The notes under the pieces are model-generated. The model was not told the DNA's origin. It saw nothing but the letters and a program-made list of their open reading frames with translations, and searched no databases. Positions 35,979 to 43,516 of a stretch of 43,516 nt of DNA are shown here, in pieces. Position numbers and translations under genes: made by a program. Within the stretch, counting starts at the first letter, position 1, and each line of letters begins with the position of its first letter. This stretch comes from Anaerolineales bacterium. Lineage in GTDB: Bacteria; Chloroflexota; Anaerolineae; Anaerolineales; E44-bin32. The stretch is from NCBI GenBank assembly GCA_041554155.1, contig JBFFMI010000003.1, positions 1 to 43,516 on the forward strand, written 5' to 3'.

Positions 35979-36425
35979 TTATTGATCGCGCTGGCCCACG
36001 AATTTGGCTGGAACACCCGCCCAGATTTGGTATTCGCCCGTGGAGTCTAAAAGCACAGCGTTCGCGCCCACCACACTTCCCCTACCCACGCGGAGGAAGC
36101 CCTCTTTCCCCAGCACCTTTGCTCCTGGTGCGAGGATGACATCATCTTCTATGATGATCCCTTCAAATTTCGAGTCCTCGATAGGTTGGTAAATATCCGC
36201 CCTACCCAGCGTGACGCCTGGATAAATTTTGACCCGGTTCCCGATTTTGCTGTTGGGGTGGATAACAATCCCAAAACCGCCATGCTCTAGCGTCACACCC
36301 TCTCCAATGGGGACATTGCGTGGCACCTCGGCCCCCAGCAACTTTAAAAGATAGTAGGCCAGGGAGCCCACAAGTGGAAGCCGGCGGCTATACAAAAGGC
36401 GAGTGTAGCGATCTTTCCTGCTCAT
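35979..36425 (-). CDS. Hexapeptide-repeat acetyltransferase (serine-acetyltransferase-like sugar O-acetyltransferase)
   Basis: 'HGGFGIVIH', 'GVTLG', 'VVGANAV', C-terminal 'AGVPAK'. Confidence 0.85.
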   Translation of the reverse strand: MSRKDRYTRLLYSRRLPLVGSLAYYLLKLLGAEVPRNVPIGEGVTLEHGGFGIVIHPNSKIGNRVKIYPGVTLGRADIYQPIEDSKFEGIIIEDDVILAPGAKVLGKEGFLRVGRGSVVGANAVLLDSTGEYQIWAGVPAKFVGQRDQ

Positions 36426-37543
36426 GACTGTCCTGAACCAGCCTGCTTGATTAACGCCTGCACAATATATTCCGCAGCGTGGCCGTCTCCAAAAGGATTG
36501 GTAGCTTGTGCCATGGCAGCGTATGCATCCGTATCCGTCAATAAGGTGCGTACTTCTTCTAAGATCCGCGCCGGGTCACTCCCCACGAGTTTGGCCGTCC
36601 CCGCAAGCAGGGCCTCGGGGCGTTCGGTCCTCTCTCGCAACACCAGAACGGGAGTCCCCAGAGCTGGTGCCTCCTCCTGTATTCCCCCCGAATCGGTGAG
36701 GATGATGCTTGCACGCTTCATCCAATAGGCCATGGGCAGGTAATCCAGCGGCTCTACAAGGCTGACGTTAGCGAGGTTGGAGAGAATCCTGTGCGCCGGT
36801 TCCTGCACTTTAGGGTTCAGATGAACCGGATAGACAACGTGCACCTGATCCTGGTGTTCCTGGGCCAGATCTCGTATGGCTGAGAAGATACGTTCGAAAG
36901 GCTCACCGAAGTTCTCGCGACGATGCGCCGTTACGAGGATCACTTTCTTGTCCTGGGGGATATCGCGCAAAGCGGGCTCAACCGGTTGAAAGGGTCGTTC
37001 TGCGATTTGTAGTAAGGCATCGATCACCGGATTGCCGCTCACCACAATGCGCGCCTCCGGTACGCCCTCTGCCATCAGGTTGTCCCTGGCTTGCTCCGTT
37101 GGGGCAAAATGCAAATCGGCGAGAACCCCTGCAATTTTCCGATTGATCTCTTCCGGAAATGGCTGCCACTTATCCCCGGTTCGCAGCCCGGCCTCGACAT
37201 GGCCAATGCGAACTTGGTGATAATACGCCAGGATTGAGGCCACCATCACCGACGTTGTGTCGCCCTGGATAAGCAGCCAATCAGGTTTTTCCGCCGCAAT
37301 CACAGGGTCAAGACCGGTGAAAATCGCCGCACTGAGATCGGCCAATGACTGATCAGCCGTCATTAAATCCAGGTCGATGTCTGGTTGGATATCAAATATC
37401 GCAAGAACCTGGTCGAGCATCTCGCGGTGCTGTGCGGTCACACAAAGGCGAGACTCGATCCCCGCTGTCGACCGGAGCTGCTGGATAACCGGCGCCATTT
37501 TCACTGCCTCCGGTCGGGTTCCTATGACGGTTAGGACACGCAT
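36422..37543 (-). CDS. wecB: UDP-N-acetylglucosamine 2-epimerase (non-hydrolysing)
   Basis: 'GTRPEAVKMAP', 'QHREML', 'QGDTTS', 'HVEAGLR', 'HRREN', 'TDSGGIQEE', 'NPFGDG'. Confidence 0.96.
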   Translation of the reverse strand: MRVLTVIGTRPEAVKMAPVIQQLRSTAGIESRLCVTAQHREMLDQVLAIFDIQPDIDLDLMTADQSLADLSAAIFTGLDPVIAAEKPDWLLIQGDTTSVMVASILAYYHQVRIGHVEAGLRTGDKWQPFPEEINRKIAGVLADLHFAPTEQARDNLMAEGVPEARIVVSGNPVIDALLQIAERPFQPVEPALRDIPQDKKVILVTAHRRENFGEPFERIFSAIRDLAQEHQDQVHVVYPVHLNPKVQEPAHRILSNLANVSLVEPLDYLPMAYWMKRASIILTDSGGIQEEAPALGTPVLVLRERTERPEALLAGTAKLVGSDPARILEEVRTLLTDTDAYAAMAQATNPFGDGHAAEYIVQALIKQAGSGQS

Positions 37544-37553
37544 TTTAGCTCCA

Positions 37554-38831
37554 CTACGCTGCTCCGACCCCTAATGCATGCAATGTGAACCCCGCTGCCC
37601 TCCAGGCTTCAGCCGACCAGACCCCGCGCGTATCAATTGCTGTCCGACCGGGCATCATCGCTGCTATGGTTGCGGGTTCTAACTCACGGAATTGATCATG
37701 GTCGACCAGCATTAAGATGGCATCCGCGCCTTCCAGCGCCGCTTCCAGCGAAGCACAGCGAGTGGCCCCCTCCAGCTCTGCCTTTGGGGCGAACGGCTCA
37801 TACGTGTTTACGTTCACACCAGCTGCAATTAATTGGGTCACAACTGCAACCGCCGGGCTCTCACGCAGGTCATCCACATTGGGCTTATATGCCAATCCCA
37901 GAGCAGCAATCCTTGTGCCCTTTTTTCCACTCAGCGCCTTATGCACCAACGCCACAACGCGGTCTGGTTGTGAATCATTCACAGAGCGTGCCTGGCGAAT
38001 GAGTTGACTCGTCTCCGGAGCCGCTTCGACCAGGAACCAGGGGTCGACACTGATGCAGTGTCCTCCTACGCCCGGGCCCGGTCGCAGGATGTTGACTCGC
38101 GGGTGCAGATTGGCCAGTGTGATCGCTTGCCAGATATCGACCCCCAGCTCTTCCCCTAACCTGGCAAACTCATTGGCAATGGCGATATTGATATCGCGGT
38201 AGGTATTTTCCATCAATTTGACCATTTCGGCTGTTGTCGCATCCGTAAGATGGATTTCCCCGCGCACGAAGGTGCTGTAGAGATCCCGCGCAGCTTCTGC
38301 AGAGGCTTTATTGATACCCCCGATCACTCGTGCATTTTCGATGAGTTCCTGAAGGATTTTGCCAGGCAACACGCGCTCGGCAGTGTAGGCCAGAAAGAAA
38401 TCCTCGCCCGCACGCAATCCGCTGCGCTCCAGGATAGGAACCAGGCGATCCAATGTGGTGCGTGGGGGAGAAGTCGATTCCAACACGACCAGATTGCCTT
38501 TCTTCAAATTGGGCGTAATCGATTCGGCCGCGGCCTCGACATAACGCATATTGGCACGCTTATCATCCAGTATGGGTGTGGGCACTGCGATGACAAACGC
38601 ATCGGCATCTTCCGGAGTGTCGCTGATCTTTAGATTATCCGATCGAAAGGCCGCTTCAACCAGGGTCCTCAGACCGGGCTCATGGATATGGATTTCACCA
38701 TTGCGCAGCACATCAACCACACGCTGATCCACATCTACGCCAATCACCTTCATCCCATGAGTTGCAAATGTGCTGGCGGTTGGCAATCCGATATAACCCA
38801 AACCAAGCACACAAATGGTTTGAAATTTCAC
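37554..38831 (-). CDS. wecC: UDP-N-acetylmannosamine/UDP-HexNAc 6-dehydrogenase
   Basis: 'GLGYIGLP', 'VPTP', 'LEST', 'ERVLPG', 'KLMENTYRDINIA', 'GVGGHCI', 'DLRESP'; adjacent to wecB. Confidence 0.9.
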   Translation of the reverse strand: MKFQTICVLGLGYIGLPTASTFATHGMKVIGVDVDQRVVDVLRNGEIHIHEPGLRTLVEAAFRSDNLKISDTPEDADAFVIAVPTPILDDKRANMRYVEAAAESITPNLKKGNLVVLESTSPPRTTLDRLVPILERSGLRAGEDFFLAYTAERVLPGKILQELIENARVIGGINKASAEAARDLYSTFVRGEIHLTDATTAEMVKLMENTYRDINIAIANEFARLGEELGVDIWQAITLANLHPRVNILRPGPGVGGHCISVDPWFLVEAAPETSQLIRQARSVNDSQPDRVVALVHKALSGKKGTRIAALGLAYKPNVDDLRESPAVAVVTQLIAAGVNVNTYEPFAPKAELEGATRCASLEAALEGADAILMLVDHDQFRELEPATIAAMMPGRTAIDTRGVWSAEAWRAAGFTLHALGVGAA

Positions 38832-38986
38832 GCGCAGATCCTCCTATAGAACAGGCTTATTATCCCATAAACAGCTGGAGGGCCTAAATCACCGTTCAGC
38901 GCTATTGAGCGACCGGCTTTCCGGTAGAATCAATCCATAGAAAACCATGTTGGTATAAGCGCATTGCTAGAAATGGAGGGTGATTC

Positions 38987-39439
38987 ATGCGTCTGGCAAT
39001 TGGTTCGGATGAAAAGACCCATATGACGACCGAGTTGATCCGTGAACTGGAAAGCGGCGGGCATTCGCTAACCTTATTTGGACCACTCGCCGGGGAGGAA
39101 GCGCTCTGGCCACAGGTGGCACAATCGGTGGCCGAGGCAGTGGCTGAAGGGATCGCTGATGAAGGAATCCTGTTCTGCTGGACCGGCACAGGGGTAAGCA
39201 TCGCTGCGAATAAAGTGCCCGGCATCCGTGCCGCGTTATGTGATGACGCCGAAACTGCGCGTGGCGCTCGCTTGTGGAATAACGCAAACTTGCTGTGCTT
39301 ATCGTTGCGCCGCACGTCAGAGGTCGTGGCAGGTGAGATCCTCACCAGCTGGTTTGAAACGAGTTATCAACCCAACTCGACGGATGACACTTGCCTGATG
39401 CAGTTGCAGCAAATCGAGTCAAAATATACTAATTCTTAG
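38987..39439 (+). CDS. RpiB/LacA/LacB-family sugar isomerase (divergent)
   Basis: 'AIGSD', 'GILFCWTGTGVSIAANKVPGIRAALC', 'NNANLL'; GGAGG RBS; TGgTATAAG at 38951-38959. Confidence 0.85.
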   Translation: MRLAIGSDEKTHMTTELIRELESGGHSLTLFGPLAGEEALWPQVAQSVAEAVAEGIADEGILFCWTGTGVSIAANKVPGIRAALCDDAETARGARLWNNANLLCLSLRRTSEVVAGEILTSWFETSYQPNSTDDTCLMQLQQIESKYTNS

Positions 39440-39647
39440 GCATTTGTAAGCTCCCCCGGTGAAGAAACCATTGGCCTCGGGGTACAATAATCAAATTAAC
39501 AAATCAGATTTGGATAACTGACGATAAACTTTGCCGTTAAGGCTCACTTATCTTGCGCTATCCCCTATCACCCTTTCATGCGGCTTCACCTTGCGTCGAA
39601 GCAGGGGCAGATCAGGCCCGGGTAGTTGCATACAGCGGGAGACATAC

Positions 39648-41156
39648 ATGGGAGAACACATCGATCAATTACGAGAGTTACTCGGGGTCGTATCGGATAT
39701 ACGGCATGCTGCGGCTGTTTTAGGATGGGATCAACAAACGTACATGCCCCCTGGTGGAGCAGGATCACGGGCGATGCAATTAGCCACGTTGAGCCGGCTG
39801 GCGCATGAGCACTTCGTCAGCGACGACCTTCAGGCAGCGCTCGAGAGGGCTAAGAGCGAAGTGGCCAATCTGGATCCAGATTCAAATGACGCCAGATTGG
39901 TAAAGGTGACTGAACGCGAGCTAAAAAAACGCATAAAGGTGCCTGCTGCATGGGTTGAGGAAGAATCGCGCGCTGCTGCTCTTTCTCAACAAGACTGGGA
40001 GAAGGCACGCGCCGATTCCAATTATGCCCTCTTTGCCCCGCATCTTGAGAAATTATTGCAACTCAAACGTGAGTATGCAGAATTTTTTACGCCCTATGAC
40101 AACATCTATGACCCGCTGCTTGATGACTACGAACCGGGGATGAAAACCTCAGACATCCAACCGGTATTTAAACGCTTGCGCGAGCGCCAGGTGCCCTTAA
40201 TTCAGGCCATCATGGACAGCGGGGTTGAGATCGATGATACCCCGGTTCGGATGGATTTCGATGAACAGAAACAATGGGATTTCGGGGTAGAAGTGATCAC
40301 TGCCTTTGGCTACGACTTTAACCGTGGACGACAGGATAAATCTGTGCATCCCTTCACGACAGAATTTGGCACCAATGATGTCAGAATCACAACACGCTTC
40401 GATCCCCAGTTTCTGAATCCGGCTCTATTTGGCACCATGCACGAAACCGGGCATGCGCTCTACGAGTTGGGGGTTGATCCTGCACTGGAAAGGACGCTCC
40501 TGGCCACTGGCACATCACTCGGAATGCACGAATCACAATCGCGCATGTGGGAGAATCTGGTCGGTCGAAGCAAACCCTTCTGGAAGGCCTTCTACCCGCG
40601 ACTCCAGGAAATCTTCGCCGATCAATTAGGCGGGGTTGCACTTGATCAATTCTATGCAGCGATTAACAAAGTCGATCGAACCTTTATCCGCGTCGATGCA
40701 GATGAAGCGACGTATAACCTTCATGTGATGGTGCGCTTTGAGCTCGAGATCGCCCTGCTCAACGGCGAATTGTCCGTAAACGATCTCCCTGAAGCCTGGA
40801 ATGACAAATTTGAAGATTTCCTGGGCGTACGCCCCCCCGACGATGCAAAGGGTGTCCTGCAGGATGTTCACTGGTCCTTTGGTTTGTATGGCTACTTCCC
40901 AACATATACACTTGGAAACGTGATCGCAGCGCAGCTATGGGATAAGATCCATGAGGATATCCCTGATCTTCAGACACAAATCGAACAGGCGAAGTTTGCT
41001 GACCTGCTCACATGGCTGAAAGACAATCTTCATAAGCATGGTTCAAAATACGAACCCCTCGAGTTGTTGGAACGGGTGACCGGTTCAGGGGTCGATGTTG
41101 AACCCTACTTGCAGTATCTAGAATCTAAATTCGGTGAGATCTACTCGCTCACCTAA
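39648..41156 (+). CDS. M32 carboxypeptidase (carboxypeptidase Taq family)
   Basis: 'WDQQT', 'HPF', 'DVRITT', 'HETGH' (HExxH), 'HESQ', 'IRVDAD', 'GVLQDVHW', 'GYFPTY'; ATG 39648 after GGGAG. Confidence 0.95.
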   Translation: MGEHIDQLRELLGVVSDIRHAAAVLGWDQQTYMPPGGAGSRAMQLATLSRLAHEHFVSDDLQAALERAKSEVANLDPDSNDARLVKVTERELKKRIKVPAAWVEEESRAAALSQQDWEKARADSNYALFAPHLEKLLQLKREYAEFFTPYDNIYDPLLDDYEPGMKTSDIQPVFKRLRERQVPLIQAIMDSGVEIDDTPVRMDFDEQKQWDFGVEVITAFGYDFNRGRQDKSVHPFTTEFGTNDVRITTRFDPQFLNPALFGTMHETGHALYELGVDPALERTLLATGTSLGMHESQSRMWENLVGRSKPFWKAFYPRLQEIFADQLGGVALDQFYAAINKVDRTFIRVDADEATYNLHVMVRFELEIALLNGELSVNDLPEAWNDKFEDFLGVRPPDDAKGVLQDVHWSFGLYGYFPTYTLGNVIAAQLWDKIHEDIPDLQTQIEQAKFADLLTWLKDNLHKHGSKYEPLELLERVTGSGVDVEPYLQYLESKFGEIYSLT

Positions 41157-41190
41157 GACCATGATCTTCAATGCGTAAGGAGGAAGACTC

Positions 41191-41559
41191 ATGAACCTAT
41201 CCGTGTTGCATGGAAATTTAGCGAACTCTGTGCTGTTATTTATGGTCATCGCCGGGGTGTGGGGTATTGTGACCAGGTTTCGCAACCAGAGCATCAGCGG
41301 CAATTACTGGGGCATCCTGGCGGTTGGTGAACTGCTCATCCTGGGACAGGGAATCCTGGGTTCCTACCTCTGGCTCATCGGAGAACGCCCGGGACGCATG
41401 GGTGTACATATCCTATACGGGGTGGTTGCGGTAATATCCCTCCCGGCATACTATGCCATAACCAAGGGGCGTGACGACAAGTATGCTTCCCTGGCTTACG
41501 GTTTCCTCTGTCTCTTTCTGGCCGCCATCAGCCTACGCGCAGTGGCGACTGGAGCATAG
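41191..41559 (+). CDS. Hypothetical 4-TM membrane protein
   Basis: Four hydrophobic helices; His residues in 'LHG' and 'HILYG'; AAGGAGG RBS. Confidence 0.75.
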   Translation: MNLSVLHGNLANSVLLFMVIAGVWGIVTRFRNQSISGNYWGILAVGELLILGQGILGSYLWLIGERPGRMGVHILYGVVAVISLPAYYAITKGRDDKYASLAYGFLCLFLAAISLRAVATGA

Positions 41560-41567
41560 GTGGTTGC

Positions 41568-41936
41568 ATGGCGCGAGTATTAATTGTCGATGATCAGGCC
41601 ACTACTGTAGACTTGATCAGCGCTTCTTTACGGCTGCTCGGTCATGAACCGATCTCAGCCTACAACGGCGAGCAGGCTTTAGAACTCTTAGCCGAACACG
41701 AACCTGATATCGTCCTGCTCGATATGATGATGCCAGGGATCGATGGTTTGGAGACCCTGCGCCGACTCCGAAAAACGGCGGGGCTTGAGCACGTCCCCGT
41801 TATCGTCGTTTCTGCTGGGCAAGAATTCGATCTCAACGACCGGGTGCAGAAAGCGGGAGGGGCGGTCGTGCTACCAAAACCGATCAGCCTGGATCAACTT
41901 GGGGCAAAGATCGACGAATGCCTTAATCATGAGTGA
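41568..41936 (+). CDS. Single-domain response regulator (CheY-like receiver)
   Basis: 'VLIVDD', 'LLDMMMPGIDG', 'VSA', 'PKP'. Confidence 0.9.
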   Translation: MARVLIVDDQATTVDLISASLRLLGHEPISAYNGEQALELLAEHEPDIVLLDMMMPGIDGLETLRRLRKTAGLEHVPVIVVSAGQEFDLNDRVQKAGGAVVLPKPISLDQLGAKIDECLNHE

Positions 41937-43020
41937 GTCCGACGTCCATACTATTGTCGTGCTTGAAGGGGATCAAACCGGTCAGGAGCTGCTCGAGCAA
42001 GCCCTTCGGGTAATCGATCCGGAAGTCACGCAAACACCCATCCGCTTTGAGACATTCAATCTGAGCCTGGAATCACGGCGATCTACCCAAAACGCTATTA
42101 TTGAAGAGGCCGCTGCTGCGATTTGCCACAGCGGCCTGGCGATTAAAGCCGCCACCATAACCCCCACCGATCCAGATGATGTTGGCAGCCCTAATGCCCT
42201 CTTGCGAGAAGCCATTGACGGCAAAGTGATATTGCGCACCGGCAGGCGGCTACCGAATGTCCGCCCAGTTGGGGGTGTCCACGCCCCGATATCTGTAGTG
42301 CGCATGGCGGTGGGTGGCGCTTACGGCGCAAAGGAGTGGCGAGAAACCACCCCGGATGGCGAAGATTTCGCTTTCCGAACCGAGAAAATCTCACGCAACA
42401 CCTGTCGGGCTGTCGCTGAATTCTCCTTTCAACACGCCCAAAAAATCGGCGCCAAGGTCTTCGGTGGACCCAAATATACGGTCAGCCCGGTTTATGAAGG
42501 TTTGTTTAAAGAAGAACTCGATGCGGCATCCCAACGTCATCCAGGCGTCCGCTATGAACCTCAATTGATCGACGCCACGTACGCACTCCTGCTTCAAAAC
42601 GCCGGCGAAGCGCTTGTAATCCCCGCCTTAAATCGTGATGGGGATAGCCTTTCCGACCTTGTGCTTCAAATGTACGGTTCCATTGCTGGATCAGAATCGA
42701 TCGTGCTGGGATTCGATCCCAGCGCCACAGAAGTTTGCACTGTTATGGCAGAAGCGCCCCATGGGACAGCCCCTGCACTCGAAGGCAAGGATATCGCCAA
42801 CCCAATGGCGATGATCCTGGCTGGCGCCGCCCTTTTTTCCTACATGGATGATCCGGCCGCCGAAAAAGCCTCCCGCGCCATCTATGAGGCCGCCTTTGAG
42901 GCCGTCTACCAGGGCATTGCCACGCCAGATATGCGCGGACAGTCCACAACAACAGAGTTTACTGACGAAGTTATGCGGCGGGTGACTGCCAAGCTCGAGG
43001 TTTGGGCCAGCCTCGGGTGA
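41929..43020 (+). CDS. Isocitrate/isopropylmalate dehydrogenase-family enzyme (probable isocitrate dehydrogenase)
   Basis: 'LEGDQTG', 'SPNALLR', 'NRDGDSLSD', 'EAPHGTAP', 'ANP', 'TPDMRG'; start at ATG 41929 overlaps the end of the regulator gene. Confidence 0.85.
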   Translation: MSESDVHTIVVLEGDQTGQELLEQALRVIDPEVTQTPIRFETFNLSLESRRSTQNAIIEEAAAAICHSGLAIKAATITPTDPDDVGSPNALLREAIDGKVILRTGRRLPNVRPVGGVHAPISVVRMAVGGAYGAKEWRETTPDGEDFAFRTEKISRNTCRAVAEFSFQHAQKIGAKVFGGPKYTVSPVYEGLFKEELDAASQRHPGVRYEPQLIDATYALLLQNAGEALVIPALNRDGDSLSDLVLQMYGSIAGSESIVLGFDPSATEVCTVMAEAPHGTAPALEGKDIANPMAMILAGAALFSYMDDPAAEKASRAIYEAAFEAVYQGIATPDMRGQSTTTEFTDEVMRRVTAKLEVWASLG

Positions 43021-43048
43021 GCGATTCATGGTCCGAAACACATACGTT

Positions 43049-43516
43049 ATGCAAACAATGAAAAAAACTCGGAAGCTCCGCAAGATCTGGTGGATGATGC
43101 TGCTCTGTGCATGGGTTCTGCCATTCTTGTTCTCCAGTTGCTCTCCCATCTCCCCCCCACTGCCTGTTGCCGAGAGCACGGCATCATCCCAGGCGGCTCT
43201 CACACCCGCTGTGATGGCCTCACTTACCCCCGCAGCGGCTGCTCCCTTCACAATCGAAACACCCGCCATCGTGATTGAGCCGCCGGTCCCGTTGCCCACG
43301 CCCACCGCGATACCTGCTTCGGTAGGTGTGCCACTGGATGAACTGGCCCTGCTCAAACCTGGGGCCGGTTCACTGCTGCGCAGCCCGATCCTGATTGAAG
43401 GTTTCGGCGGTCCAAGCCAGAACAATCGTGTGCAGCTACGCCTTTATGGTGAAGACGGAAGGTTGATCTCCCAGGGATTCACATTTTTGTATTCCTTCCC
43501 TGGCCGCCCAGGACAA
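43049..43516 (+). CDS. Lipoprotein with Pro/Thr/Ala linker and probable Gmad2-like Ig domain (truncated by window end)
   Basis: Open frame from ATG 43028/43049/43058 to the window end: MKKTRKLRKIWWMMLLCAWVLPFLFSSC (lipobox-like)...KPGAGSLLRSPILIEGFGG...VQLRLYGEDG; absent from the ORF track because no stop is reached. Confidence 0.7.
   Translation, partial: MQTMKKTRKLRKIWWMMLLCAWVLPFLFSSCSPISPPLPVAESTASSQAALTPAVMASLTPAAAAPFTIETPAIVIEPPVPLPTPTAIPASVGVPLDELALLKPGAGSLLRSPILIEGFGGPSQNNRVQLRLYGEDGRLISQGFTFLYSFPGRPGQ

Noticed and set aside
39440-39647. Possible riboswitch in the ~160-nt leader of the M32 peptidase (TACAAT at 39483-39488)
   Set aside because: No recognisable aptamer consensus or convincing stems by eye; the N-terminal ORF extension from 39531 is also unlikely.
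42691-43425. 244-aa minus-strand ORF
   Set aside because: Antisense to the dehydrogenase 3' end and to a plus-strand lipoprotein frame with a signal peptide and lipobox.
1-43516. tRNA, rRNA, CRISPR arrays, transposases, integrases, prophage or defence genes
   Set aside because: None recognised; intergenic gaps are short and no regularly spaced repeats or recombinase motifs were seen by eye.

Overview
Bacterial chromosomal window, densely coding. It is probably Chloroflexota (Anaerolineae-like); this is an inference from gene content and Pro/Thr-rich lipoproteins, not a database result. I saw no rRNA, tRNA, CRISPR array or mobile element. Left to right: (i) a DUF2089 / DUF4097-SHOCT / GNAT / MFS operon behind an AT-rich promoter with a palindrome; (ii) an RlmD-family methyltransferase and an orphan response regulator; (iii) a cobalamin riboswitch-led btuF/C/D-like ABC operon running into an HD hydrolase and surE; (iv) a cold-shock protein, rnj, a PpiC-type foldase and a membrane protein; (v) an ATPase-permease-ATPase MacB/FtsX-type ABC system; (vi) a ~20 kb minus-strand glycan locus (wecC, wecB, four GT4 glycosyltransferases, acetyl- and formyltransferases, bi-domain oxidoreductase, heparinase II/III-like protein, PglC-like transferase, DegT aminotransferase); (vii) an RpiB-like protein, M32 carboxypeptidase, response regulator, isocitrate dehydrogenase-family enzyme and a truncated lipoprotein. 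The most striking element ends the glycan locus: ThDP-dependent E1-alpha and E1-beta genes, then an E2-like protein whose lipoyl and subunit-binding domains are fused to a PglD/NeuD-type sugar acyltransferase instead of the normal E2 core, then an amino-sugar aminotransferase. This looks like a repurposed 2-oxoacid dehydrogenase that acylates a nucleotide-sugar from a lipoyl thioester, possibly without CoA. Second highlight: a 61-aa basic protein resembling the crenarchaeal chromatin protein CC1. Family assignments come from motifs recognised by eye; no searches were run.
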